NCBI RefSeq assembly: GCF_009914755.1
Contig: NC_060940.1
Origin: the human T2T-CHM13v2.0 reference genome, Homo sapiens
Reading direction: 5' to 3' (one strand)
DNA length: 64,000 nucleotides
Under the pieces are notes generated by a model that saw only the letters and a program-made list of their open reading frames with translations, had not been told where the DNA came from and ran no database searches. This document shows, in pieces, positions 15,201 to 30,560 of this stretch (positions are counted from its first letter, which is position 1; each line of letters begins with the position of its first letter). The translations under genes were made by a program, and so were the position numbers.

Positions 15201-18200
15201 AATGATTCCATTTGAATCCATTTGATGATGATTCCATTAGATTCCATTTGATGATTCCATTCGATTCCATTCGACGATGATTCCATTCGATTCCGTTTGA
15301 TGATTCCATTCTATTCTATTCGATGATGATTCCATTCGATTCCATTCGATGATGATTGGATTCGATTCCATTTGATGATTTCATTTGATTCCATTCGTTA
15401 ATGATTTCGATCAATTCCATTCGATGATTCCATTCGATTCCATTCGATAATGATTACATCCGAGTCCATTCGATGATTCCCTTTGAGCCTGTTCGATAAT
15501 TCCATTTGAGTCCAACCAATGATTCCATTCATTTCCATTCAATGATTCCATTCGAGTCCATTTGATCATTCCGGTAGGGTCCATTCGATGTTGATTCCAT
15601 TGGAGTGCATTCGATGATTCCATTCGAGTCCATTTTAGGATTTGATTCGAGTCCTTTCGATGATTCCATTCGATTCCACTCGATGATGATTTCATTCGAG
15701 TCCATTCGACACTTCCAATCGATTCCATTTGATGATTCCATTCGAGTCCAATTGATGATTCCATTCAATTCCATTCGATGATGATTCCGTACGATTCCAT
15801 TCTGTGATGATTCCATGTGATTGCATTCAATGATGATTCCTTTCGATTGCATTCGATTATGATTCATTTCGTGTTCATTCTATGGTTCCACAGGTTTCCA
15901 TTCGTGTCCATTCCATTATTCCATTCTATTCCATTTGATGATGATTCCATTCGATTCCATTCATTGGTGATTCCACTCAATTCCATTCAATGATTCCATT
16001 CCATTTCTTTCAACAATGATTCCATTAGTTTCTAATCGAGGATCCACTTGATTCCATTTGACGACGATTCCATTCTTGTCCATTCGATGATTCCATTTGA
16101 TTCCATATGATGATGATTCCATTCGATTCCATACCATGATGATTCCATTCGAGTCCATTCAATGGTGATTCCATTCAATTCCATTCGATGATTCCTTTTG
16201 ATTCCATTCGATGATGATGGCATTCGATTCCTTTCAATCATTCCCTTTGATTCCATTCAAAGGTGATTTCATTCAAGTCCATTCGATAATTGCATTCGAT
16301 TCCATTCTATGATGATTCCATTCGAGTCCATTTGATGATTCCATTCAATTCAAGTCAATGATGATTCCATTCGATTCCATTCGATGATTCCATTGGATTC
16401 CATTCGATGATGATTCCATTCAAATCCATTCGATAATTCAATTCAAGTCCATTCGATGATGATTCCAATCGAATCCATTCAAAGATTCCATTCAGTTCCA
16501 TTCGATGATTCCCTTAGATTCCATTCGATGATTCCACTTGATTGCATTTACGATGATTCCATTCGATTCCATGTGATGATTCCATTCAATTCTATTCAAT
16601 GATGTCTCCATTTGATTCCATTCGACCATGATTGCCTTTGATTCCATTCAGTGATTCCATTCGGTTCCGTTTGATGATGATTCCGTTCGATTCCATTTGA
16701 TGATTCCATTTGATTCCATTGGATGAGTCCATTCGATTACATTCGATGATTATTCCATTCGAGTGCATTAGATGATTCCATTCGAGTCCATTCGATGATT
16801 CCATTCGATTCCATTCGATGTTGATTCTGTTCAAATCCATTCGATGATTCCACTCGATTCCATTCGTTGACTCCATTTGATCCCATTCGATGATTTCCTT
16901 TGATTCCCTTTGATGATCATTCCATTTGATTCAATTCGGTGATTTCATTTGATTCCATTCAGTGATGTTTCCATTCGACTCCATTCGATGATGATTCCAT
17001 TCGACTCCATTCGATTATGATTTCATTCAATTCCATTCGATAATGATTCCCTTCGAGTCCATTCGATGATTCCATTCGATTCCATTCAACGATGATTTGA
17101 TTCGTGTCCATTCGATGATTCCATTTGATTCCACTTGATGATGATTCCATTCGAGTCCATTTGATGATTCCATTCAATTCCATACTCCGATGATTTCTTT
17201 TGAGCCCACTCAATGCTTCCACTCGATTCCATATGATGATGACTCCATTCGATGAAATTCGATGATGATTCCATTCGCTTGCTTTCGATGATGATTCCAC
17301 TTGAGTCCGTTAGAAGATTCTATTCAATTACATTCCATGACGATTCCGTTCGAGTCCATTTGATGATTCCATTAGACTCCATTCGACGATGATTCCATTC
17401 GATGTTATTCGATGATTCCATTCGATCTCATTCGATGATGATTCCATTCAACTCCATTCGATGTTTCCATTCGAGTTCATTCTATTATTCCATTAGATTC
17501 CATTCGATGATGATTCCATTCGATTCCATTTGATGATTGCATTCTATTTCATTTGATGATGATTCCATTCGAGTCCACTCGATGATTCCATTCGAGTCCA
17601 TTTAATGAATCCATTGGTTTCAATTCTATGATGATTACATTGGATTCCATTCGTTGATGATTTCATTCGGTTCCATTCAATGATGATTCCATTCAATTCC
17701 TTTCAATGTTTCCATTCAATTCCATACGATGATGATTCCATTTGATTTGATTCGACAGTGAGCCATTCGATTCAATTCCATGATGATTCTATTTGATTCA
17801 ATTGGTTGACATTTCCATTCGATTCCATTCGATGATGATTCCCTTTGATTCCGTTCAAAGATGATTCCATTCTAGCCCATTCAATCATTCCATTCGATTC
17901 TATTCAATGATGATTCCATTCATGTCGATTTGGTGATTCCATTTGACTTCATTTGATGATGATTCCTTTCAAGTTCATTAGATGATTCCATTCGATTCCA
18001 TTTGATGATGATCCCATTCGAGTCCATTCAGTGATTCCATTCGTTTCTATTCCATGATGATTCCATTCCTTTCCATTCAATGATTCCATTCGATTCCGTT
18101 TGATGATGATTTCATTGGAGTCCATTTGATGATTCCATTTGATTCCATTCGATGATGATTCCATTCGAGTCCATTCGATGATTCTATTCGAATCCATTTG

Positions 18201-18336
18201 ATGATTTCTTTTGATTATATTTGGTGATGATTCCATTGGAGTCCATTCAATGATTCCATTCTATTCCAATCGATGATGATTCCATTAGAGTCCATTTAAT
18301 GATTCCATTTGATTCCAGTCTCTGATGATTACATTC
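12225..18336 (+). repeat. Higher-order unit 3 (6112 bp, subtype A; near-identical to unit 2)
   Basis: Anchor at 12225; shares variants with unit 2 (AAAATGAATCT, TTAGTTCATCC, GGATCC at 9928/16040). Confidence 0.95.
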
Positions 18337-21300
18337 GAGTCCATACGATGATTCCACTCAATTCCATATGATGATGATTCCATTTGATTCCATTCGGTGA
18401 TTCCATTCTATTCTATTCAATGGTGATTCCATTCGAGTACATTAGATGATTCCATTCGATTCCATTCAATGATGATTCTATTTGTGTCCCTTAGATGATT
18501 CCACATGATTCCATTAGATGATGATACTATTTGAGCCCATCCAATGATTCCCTTCGATTCCATTCGATGAGGATTCCATTCGATTCAATTCATTGGTGAT
18601 TCTATTCAATTCAATTCTTTGATTCCATTCCATTCCATTCGACAATGATTCCATTCGATTTCTTTCGATGATTCCACTCGATTCCACTTGACACTGATTC
18701 CATTCGATTCCATTCAATGATTCCATTTGATTCCAGTGGATGATGATTGCCATCGATTCCATTCGATCACTCCATTCTATTCCATTTGATGATGATTACA
18801 TTCGATTCCATTTGATGATTCCATCTGATTCTATTCGAGGATTCCATTTGATTCCATTCGATGATGATTCCATTCGAGTCCGTTCGATGATTTCATTCGA
18901 GTACGTCCAATGATTCCATTCGAGTCCATTAGATGATTCCATTTGATTCCATTTGAAAATGATTCTACTAGAGTCCATTCAATGACTCCATTCGAGTCCA
19001 TTCAACAATTCCATTCGACTCCATTCGATGATTCCATTCGATTCCATTTGATGGTTCCATTCGAGTCCATTTAATCATTACAGTCGAGTCCATTTGGTGA
19101 TTCCACTGGATTTCTTTTGATAATGATACCATTCCATTACATTTGATGATGATCCCATTCAATTTCATTTGATGATGATTCCATTAGAGTCCATTCGATG
19201 ATTTCATTCGAGTCCCTTCATTGATTCCATCCGATTTCATTGGATGATGACTCCATTCGAGTCCATTTGATGATTCCACTCGATTCCATTAGATGACTCC
19301 ATTGGAGTCCATTTGATTGTTCCATTCGATTCCATTCGATTCCTTTCGAAGATTATTCCATTTGAGTCCATTCGATGATGATTCCATTCCATTCCATTCG
19401 ATGATTCCGTTTGATTCCATTCGATGATTCCCTTCGATTCCTTTCTTTGATGATTCCATTCCATTCCATTCAATGATTCCATTCGAATCTATTCCATGAT
19501 GATTCCTTTCGATTCCATTCGCTGATGTTTCCATTCAATTCCATTCGATGATGATTCCATTCGATTCCATTCATTGAGGATTCCATTTGATTCCATTCAA
19601 TGATGATTCCATTCTATTCCATTCAATGATTGCATTCAATTCCATTCAATGATTATCCCATTAGAGTAAACTCAACGATTCCATTCAATACCATTCGATG
19701 ATGATTCCTTTTGAGTCCATTCAATGATTTCCTTCAAGTCCATTTGATGATTCCTTTCAATTCCATTCTATGATGATTCCATTCGAGTCCATTCGATGAT
19801 TCCATTCGATTGCATTCGATGATTCCATTATATTCCATTCAACGGTGATTCCATTCGAGTCCATTCCATGATTCCATTAGAGTACATTTAATGATTGCTT
19901 TGTTTTCAATTCGAAGATGATTACATTGGATTCCATTCTATGATACCATTCGATTCCATTCAATGATGATTCCACTCAAATCCATTGGATGATTCCATTC
20001 GTGTCCATTCGGTGATTTCATTAGATTCCATTCGAGGATGATTCCATTCGATTCCATTCGATGATTCCATTCAATTCCATTCGATGATGATTCCATTCCA
20101 GTCCATATGATCATTCCATTTGATTTCATTCGATGATGATTCCATTCGATTCCATTCGACGATTCCATTCTATTCCATTCGATGATGATTCCATTCGAGT
20201 CCATTCGATGATTCCATTCGAGTCCATTTAATGATTCCATTGGGTTCAATTCAATGATGATTACATTGGATTCCGTTCTATGATTCCATTCAATTCCGTT
20301 CATTGACAATTTGATTCCATTCGATGATGATTCCATTTGAGTTCATTCGATGATTCTATTCGATTCTCTTCGATGGTGATTCAATTCTATTATATTGGAT
20401 GATTCCATTCGATTCCATTTGATGTTGATTCAATTCGATTCTATTCGATGATGATTCCATTGGATTTCACTTGATGATTCTATTCGATTCCATTCAATGA
20501 TGATTCACTTCTCGTCCATTGGATGATTCCATTTCATTCCATTCGATGATGATTCCATTCGATTCCATTCGATGATTCCATTTGATTCCATGCGACGGTG
20601 AGCAATTCGATTCAATTCCATGATGATTCTATTTGATTCAATTAGATGATGTTTCCATTCGAATCCATTCCATGATTATTCCATTGGAATCCATTCGGCG
20701 ATGATTCCATATGAGTCAATTCAATGATGATTCCATATGGGTCCGTTCGATGATAATTCCATTTGATTTCATTCGATGCTTCTATTCTATTCCAGTCGAT
20801 GATGATTCCGTTGGAGTCCATACGATGATTCCATTTGATTTCATTTGATGATGATTCCATTCGATGATGATTACATTGGATTCCATTCTATGATTCCATT
20901 CAATTCCATTCATTGATGATTCGATTCCATTCAATGATGATTCCATTTGAGTTCATTCAATGATTCTATTCGATTCCGTTCGATGGTGATTCAATTCTAT
21001 TATATTGGATGATTCCACTCGATTCCATTTGATGATTATTCCATTGGAGTCCACTTAGTGAATCCTTTAGATTCTACTCGACGATGATTCCATTCGAGTC
21101 CATTCGATGATACCATTCAATTCCATTCGTTGATGCTTCCATTCAAGTGCATTCGATGATATCATTCGATTCCATTTGATGATAATTCCATTTGATTCCA
21201 TGCGATGATTCTATTCGATTCCATTCAATGATAATTCCATTCAATTCAGTGATTCCTCTGGACTCCATTTGATGATGATTCCATTCAATGATTCCATTCG

Positions 21301-24300
21301 ATTCTATTCGAAAATGATTCCATTTGAATCCATTTGATGATGATTCCATTAGATTCCATTTGATGATTCCATTCGATTCCATTCGACGATGATTCCATTC
21401 GATTCCGTTTGATGATTCCATTCTATTCTATTCGATGATGATTCCATTCGATTCCATTCGATGATGATTGGATTCGATTCCATTTGATGATTTCATTTGA
21501 TTCCATTCGTTAATGATTTCGATCAATTCCATTCGATGATTCCATTCGATTCCATTCGATAATGATTACATCCGAGTCCATTCGATGATTCCCTTTGAGC
21601 CTGTTCGATAATTCCATTTGAGTCCAACCAATGATTCCATTCATTTCCATTCAATGATTCCATTCGAGTCCATTTGATCATTCCGGTAGGGTCCATTCGA
21701 TGTTGATTCCATTGGAGTGCATTCGATGATTCCATTCGAGTCCATTTTAGGATTTGATTCGAGTCCTTTCGATGATTCCATTCGATTCCACTCGATGATG
21801 ATTTCATTCGAGTCCATTCGACACTTCCAATCGATTCCATTTGATGATTCCATTCGAGTCCAATTGATGATTCCATTCAATTCCATTCGATGATGATTCC
21901 GTACGATTCCATTCTGTGATGATTCCATGTGATTGCATTCAATGATGATTCCTTTCGATTGCATTCGATTATGATTCATTTCGTGTTCATTCTATGGTTC
22001 CACAGGTTTCCATTCGTGTCCATTCCATTATTCCATTCTATTCCATTTGATGATGATTCCATTCGATTCCATTCATTGGTGATTCCACTCAATTCCATTC
22101 AATGATTCCATTCCATTTCTTTCAACAATGATTCCATTAGTTTCTAATCGATGATCCACTTGATTCCATTTGACGACGATTCCATTCTTGTCCATTCGAT
22201 GATTCCATTTGATTCCATATGATGATGATTCCATTCGATTCCATACCATGATGATTCCATTCGAGTCCATTCAATGGTGATTCCATTCAATTCCATTCGA
22301 TGATTCCTTTTGATTCCATTCGATGATGATGGCATTCGATTCCTTTCAATCATTCCCTTTGATTCCATTCAAAGGTGATTTCATTCAAGTCCATTCGATA
22401 ATTGCATTCGATTCCATTCTATGATGATTCCATTCGAGTCCATTTGATGATTCCATTCAATTCAAGTCAATGATGATTCCATTCGATTCCATTCGATGAT
22501 TCCATTGGATTCCATTCGATGATGATTCCATTCAAATCCATTCGATAATTCAATTCAAGTCCATTCGATGATGATTCCAATCGAATCCATTCAAAGATTC
22601 CATTCAGTTCCATTCGATGATTCCCTTAGATTCCATTCGATGATTCCACTTGATTGCATTTACGATGATTCCATTCGATTCCATGTGATGATTCCATTCA
22701 ATTCTATTCAATGATGTCTCCATTTGATTCCATTCGACCATGATTGCCTTTGATTCCATTCAATGATTCCATTCGGTTCCGTTTGATGATGATTCCGTTC
22801 GATTCCATTTGATGATTCCATTTGATTCCATTGGATGAGTCCATTCGATTACATTCGATGATTATTCCATTCGAGTGCATTAGATGATTCCATTCGAGTC
22901 CATTCGATGATTCTATTCGATTCCATTCGATGTTGATTCTGTTCAAATCCATTCGATGATTCCACTCGATTCCATTCGATGACTCCATTTGATCCCATTC
23001 GATGATTTCCTTTGATTCCCTTTGATGATCATTCCATTTGATTCAATTCGGTGATTTCATTTGATTCCATTCAGTGATGTTTCCATTAGACTCCATTCGA
23101 TGATGATTCCATTCGACTCCATTCGATTATGATTTCATTCAATTCCATTCGATAATGATTCCCTTCGAGTCCATTCGATGATTCCATTCGATTCCATTCA
23201 ACGATGATTTGATTCGTGTCCATTCGATGATTCCATTTGATTCCACTTGATGATGATTCCATTCGAGTCCATTTGATGATTCCATTCAATTCCATACTCC
23301 GATGATTTCTTTTGAGCCCACTCAATGCTTCCACTCGATTCCATATGATGATGACTCCATTCGATGAAATTCGATGATGATTCCATTCGCTTGCTTTCGA
23401 TGATGATTCCACTTGAGTCCGTTAGAAGATTCTATTCAATTACATTCCAGGACGATTCCGTTCGAGTCCATTTGATGATTCCATTAGACTCCATTCGACG
23501 ATGATTCCATTCGATGTTATTCGATGATTCCATTCGATCTCATTCGATGATGATTCCATTCAACTCCATTCGATGTTTCCATTCGAGTTCATTCTATTAT
23601 TCCATTAGATTCCATTCGATGATGATTCCATTCGATTCCATTTGATGATTGCATTCTATTTCATTTGATGATGATTCCATTCGAGTCCACTCGATGATTC
23701 CATTCGAGTCCATTTAATGAATCCATTGGTTTCAATTCTATGATGATTACATTGGATTTCATTCGTTGATGATTTCATTCGGTTCCATTCAATGATGATT
23801 CCATTCAATTCCTTTCAATGTTTCCATTCAATTCCATACGATGATGATTCCATTTGATTTGATTCGACAGTGAGCCATTCGATTCAATTCCATGATGATT
23901 CTATTTGATTCAATTGGTTGACATTTCCATTCGATTCCATTCGATGATGATTCCCTTTGATTCCATTCAAAGATGATTCCATTCTAGCCCATTCAATCAT
24001 TCCATTCGATTCTATTCAATGATGATTCCATTCATGTCGATTTGGTGATTCCACTTGACTTCATTTGATGATGATTCCTTTCAAGTTCATTAGATGATTC
24101 CATTCGATTCCATTTGATGATGATCCCATTCGAGTCCATTCAGTGATTCCATTCGTTTCCATTCCATGATGATTCCATTCCATTCCATTCAATGATTCCA
24201 TTCGATTCCGTTTGATGATGATTTCATTCGAGTCCATTTAATGATTCCATTTGATTCCATTCGATGATGATTCCATTCGAGTCCATTCGATGATTCTATT

Positions 24301-24448
24301 CGAATCCATTTGATGATTTCTTTTGATTATAGTTGGTGATGATTCCATTGGAGTCCATTCAATGATTCCATTCGATTCCAATCGATGATGATTCCATTAG
24401 AGTCCATTTAATGTTTCCATTTGATTCCAGTCTCTGATGATTACATTC
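18337..24448 (+). repeat. Higher-order unit 4 (6112 bp, subtype A)
   Basis: Anchor at 18337; ORF offsets are 3x6112. Confidence 0.95.
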
Positions 24449-27400
24449 GAGTCCATACGATGATTCCACTCAATTCCATATGATGATGATTCCATTTGAT
24501 TCCATTCGGTGATTCCATTCTATTCTATTCAATGGTGATTCCATTCGAGTACATTAGATGATTCCATTCGATTCCATTCAATGATGATTCTATTTGTGTC
24601 CCTTAGATGATTCCACATGATTCCATTAGATGATGATACTATTTGAGCCCATCCAATGATTCCCTTCGATTCCATTCGATGAGGATTCCATTCGATTCAA
24701 TTCATTGGTGATTCTATTCAATTCAATTCTTTGATTCCATTCCATTCCATTCGACAATGATTCCATTCGATTTCTTTCGATGATTCCACTCGATTCCACT
24801 TGACATTGATTCCATTCGATTCCATTCAATGATTCCATTTGATTCCAGTGGATGATGATTGCCATCGATTCCATTCGATCACTCCATTCTATTCCATTTG
24901 ATGATGATTACATTCGATTCCATTTGATGATTCCATCTGATTCTATTCGAGGATTCCATTTGATTCCATTCGATGATGATTCCATTCGAGTCCGTTCGAT
25001 GATTTCATTCGAGTACATCCAATGATTCCATTCGAGTCCATTAGATGATTCCATTTGATTCCATTTGATAATGATTCTACTAGAGTCCATTCAATGACTC
25101 CATTGGAGTCCATTCAACAATTCCATTCGACTCCATTTGATGATTCCATTGGATTCCATTTGATGATTCCATTCGAGTCCATTTAATCATTACAGTCGAG
25201 TCCATTTGGTGATTCCACCGGATTTCTTTTGATAATGATACCATTCAATTACATTTGATGATGATCCCATTCAATTTCATTTGATGATGATTCCATTAGA
25301 GTCCATTCGATGATTTCATTCGAGTCCCTTCATTGATTCCATCCGATTTCATTGGATGATGACTCCATTCGAGTCCATTCGATGATTCCACTCGATTCCA
25401 TTAGATGATTCCATTGGAGTCCATTTGATTGTTCCATTCGATTCCATTCGATTCCTTTCGAAGATTATTCCATTTGAGTCCATTCGATGATGATTCCATT
25501 CCATTCCATTCGATGATTCCGTTTGATTCCATTCGATGATTCCCTTCGATTCCTTTCTTTGATGATTCCATTCCATTCCATTCAATGATTCCATTCGAAT
25601 CTATTCCATGATGATTCCTTTCGATTCCATTCGCTGATGTTTCCGTTCAATTCCATTCGATGATGATTCCATTCGATTCCATTCATTGAGGATTCCATTT
25701 GATTCCATTCAATGATGATTCCGTTCTATTCCATTCAATGATTGCATTCAATTACATTCAGTGATTATCCCCTTAGAGTAAACTCAACGATTCCATTCAA
25801 TACCATTCGATGATGATTCCTTTTGAGTCCATTCAATGATTTCATTCAAGTCCATTTGATGATTCCTTTCAATTCCATTCTATGATGATTCCATTCGAGT
25901 CCATTCGATGATTCCATTCGATTGCATTCGATGATTCCATTATATTCCAGTCAACGATGATTCCATTCGAGTCCATTCGATGATTCCATTAGAGTACATT
26001 TAATGATTGCTTTGTTTTCAATTCGAAGATGATTACATTGGATTCCATTCTATGATACCATTCGATTCCATTCAATGATGATTCCACTCAAATCCATTGG
26101 ATGATTCCATTCGTGTCCATTCGATGATTTCATTAGATTCCATTCGAGGATGATTCCATTCGATTCCATTCGATGATTCCATTCAATTCCATTCGAGGAT
26201 AATTCCATTCCAGTCCATATGATCATTCCATTTGATTTCATTCGATGATGATTCCATTCGATTCCATTCGATGATTCCATTCTATTCCATTCGATGATGA
26301 TTCCATTCGAGTCCATTCGATGATTCCATTCGAGTCCATTTAATGATTCCATTGGGTTCAATTCAATGATGATTACATTGGATTCCGTTCTATGATTCCA
26401 TTCAATTCCGTTCATTGACAATTTGATTCCATTCGATGATGATTCCATTTGAGTTTATTCGATGATTCTATTCGATTCTCTTCGATGGTGATTCAATTCT
26501 ATTATATTGGATGATTCCATTCGATTCCATTTGATGTTGATTCAATTCGATTCTATTCGATGATGATTCCATTGGATTTCACTTGATGATTCTATTCGAT
26601 TCCATTCAATGATGATTCACTTCTCGTCCATTGGATGATTCCATTTCATTCCATTCGATGATGATTCCATTCGATTCCATTCGATGATTCCATTTGATTC
26701 CATGCGTCGGTGAGCAATTCGATTCAATTCCATGATGATTCTATTTGATTCAATTAGATGATGTTTCCATTCGAATCCATTCCATGATTATTCCATTGGA
26801 ATCCATTCGGCGATGATTCCATATGAGTCAATTCAATGATGATTCCATATGGGTCCGTTCGATGATAATTCCATTTGATTTCATTCGGTGCTTCTATTCA
26901 ATTCCAGTCGATGATGATTCCGTTGGAGTCCATACGATGATTCCATTTGATTTCATTTGATGATGATTCCATTCGATGATGATTACATTGGATTCCATTC
27001 TATGATTCCATTCAATTCCATTCGTTGATGATTCGATTCCATTCAATGATGATTCCATTTGAGTTCATTCGATGATTCTATTCGATTCCGTTCGGTGGTG
27101 ATTCAATTCTCTTATATTGGATGATTCCACTCGATTCCATTTGATGATTATTCCATTGGAGTCCACTTAGGGAATCCTTCAGATTCTTCTCGAAGATGAT
27201 TCCATTCAAGTCCATTCAATCATACCATTCAATTTCATTCGTTGATGCTTCCATTCAAGTGCATTCGATGATATCATTCGATTCCATTTGATGATAATTC
27301 CATTTGATTCCATGCGATGATTCTATTCGATTCCATTCAATGATAATTCCATTCAGTTCAGTGATTCCTCTGAACTCCATTTGATGATGATTCCATTCAA

Positions 27401-30400
27401 TGATTCCATTCGATTCTATTCCAAAATGATTCCATTTGAATCCATTTGATGATGATTCCATTAGATTCCATTTGATGATTCCATTCGATTCCATGCGACG
27501 ATGATTCCATTCGATTCCATGTGATGATTCCATTCTATTCTATTCGATGATGATTCCATTCGATTCCATTCGATGATGATTGGATTCGATTCCATTTGAT
27601 GATTTCATTTGATTCCATTCGTTAATGATTTCGATCAATTCCATTCGATGATTCCATTCGATTCCATTCGATAATGATTACATCCGAGTCCATTCGATGA
27701 TTCCCTTTGAGCCTGTTCGATAATTCCATTTGAGTCCAACCAATGATTCCATTCATTTCCATTCAATGATTCCATTCGAGTCCATTTGATCATTCCGGTA
27801 GGGTCCATTCGATGTTGATTCCATTGGAGTGCATTCGATGATTCCATTCGAGTCCATTTTAGGATTTGATTCGAGTCCTTTCGATGATTCCATTCGATTC
27901 CACTCGATGATGATTTCATTCGAGTCCATTCGACACTTCCAATCGATTCCATTTGATGATTCCATTCGAGTCCAATTGATGATTCCATTCAATTCCATTC
28001 GATGATGATTCCGTACGATTCCATTCTGTGATGATTCCATGTGATTGCATTCAATGATGATTCCTTTCGATTGCATTCGATTATGATTCATTTCGTGTTC
28101 ATTCTATGGTTCCACAGGTTTCCATTCGTGTCCATTCCATTATTCCATTCTATTCCATTTGATGATGATTCCATTCGATTCCATTCATTGGTGATTCCAC
28201 TCAATTCCATTCAATGATTCCATTCCATTTCTTTCAACAATGATTCCATTAGTTTCTAATCGATGATCCACTTGATTCCATTTGACGACGATTCCATTCT
28301 TGTCCATTCGATGATTCCATTTGATTCCATATGATGATGATTCCATTCGATTCCATACCATGATGATTCCATTCGAGTCCATTCAATGGTGATTCCATTC
28401 AATTCCATTCGATGATTCCTTTTGATTCCATTCGATGATGATGGCATTCGATTCCTTTCAATCATTCCCTTTGATTCCATTCAAAGGTGATTTCATTCAA
28501 GTCCATTCGATAATTGCATTCGATTCCATTCTATGATGATTCCATTCGAGTCCATTTGATGATTCCATTCAATTCAAGTCAATGATGATTCCATTCGATT
28601 CCATTCGATGATTCCATTGGATTCCATTCGATGATGATTCCATTCAAATCCATTCGATAATTCAATTCAAGTCCATTCGATGATGATTCCAATCGAATCC
28701 ATTCAAAGATTCCATTCAGTTCCATTCGATGATTCCCTTAGATTCCATTCGATGATTCCACTTGATTGCATTTACGATGATTCCATTCGATTCCATGTGA
28801 TGATTCCATTCAATTCTATTCAATGATGTCTCCATTTGATTCCATTCGACCATGATTGCCTTTGATTCCATTCAATGATTCCATTCGGTTCCGTTTGATG
28901 ATGATTCCGTTCGATTCCATTTGATGATTCCATTTGATTCCATTGGATGAGTCCATTCGATTACATTCGATGATTATTCCATTCGAGTGCATTAGATGAT
29001 TCCATTCGAGTCCATTCGATGATTCTATTCGATTCCATTCGATGTTGTTTCTGTTCAAATCCATTCGATGATTCCACTCGATTCCATTCGATGACTCCAT
29101 TTGATCCCATTCGATGATTTCCTTTGATTCCCTTTGATGATCATTCCATTTGATTCAATTCGGTGATTTCATTTGATTCCATTCAGTGATGTTTCCATTA
29201 GACTCCATTCGATGATGATTCCATTCGACTCCATTCGATTATGATTTCATTCAATTCCATTCGATAATGATTCCCTTCGAGTCCATTCGATGATTCCATT
29301 CGATTCCATTCAACGATGATTTGATTCGTGTCCATTCGATGATTCCATTTGATTCCACTTGATGATGATTCCATTCGAGTCCATTTGATGATTCCATTCA
29401 ATTCCATACTCCGATGATTTCTTTTGAGCCCACTCAATGCTTCCACTCGATTCCATATGATGATGACTCCATTCGATGAAATTCGATGATGATTCCATTC
29501 GCTTGCTTTCGATGATGATTCCACTTGAGTCCGTTAGAAGATTCTATTCAATTACATTCCAGGACGATTCCGTTCGAGTCCATTTGATGATTCCATTAGA
29601 CTCCATTCGACGATGATTCCATTCGATGTTATTCGATGATTCCATTCGATCTCATTCGATGATGATTCCATTCAACTCCATTCGATGTTTCCATTCGAGT
29701 TCATTCTATTATTCCATTAGATTCCATTCGATGATGATTCCATTCGATTCCATTTGATGATTGCATTCTATTTCATTTGATGATGATTCCATTCGAGTCC
29801 ACTCGATGATTCCATTCGAGTCCATTTAATGAATCCATTGGTTTCAATTCTATGATGATTACATTGGATTTCATTCGTTGATGATTTCATTCGGTTCCAT
29901 TCAATGATGATTCCATTCAATTCCTTTCAATGTTTCCATTCAATTCCATACGATGATGATTCCATTTGATTTGATTCGACAGTGAGCCATTCGATTCAAT
30001 TCCATGATGATTCTATTTGATTCAATTGGTTGACATTTCCATTCGATTCCATTCGATGATGATTCCCTTTGATTCCATTCAAAGATGATTCCATTCTAGC
30101 CCATTCAATCATTCCATTCGATTCTATTCAATGATGATTCCATTCACGTCGATTTGGTGATTCCACTTGACTTCATTTGATGATGATTCCTTTCAAGTTC
30201 ATTAGATGATTCCATTCGATTCCATTTGATGATGATCCCATTCGAGTCCATTCAGTGATTCCATTCGTTTCCATTCCATGATGATTCCATTCCATTCCAT
30301 TCAATGATTCCATTCGATTCCGTTTGATGATGATTTCATTCGAGTCCATTTAATGATTCCATTTGATTCCATTCGATGATGATTCCATTCGAGTCCATTC

Positions 30401-30560
30401 GATGATTCTATTCGAATCCATTTGATGATTTCTTTTGATTATAGTTGGTGATGATTCCATTGGAGTCCATTCAATGATTCCATTCGATTCCAATCGATGA
30501 TGATTCCATTAGAGTCCATTTAATGTTTCCATTTGATTCCAGTCTCTGATGATTACATTC
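24449..30560 (+). repeat. Higher-order unit 5 (6112 bp, subtype A with a diverged patch)
   Basis: Anchor at 24449; ORF offsets are 4x6112. Confidence 0.95.
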
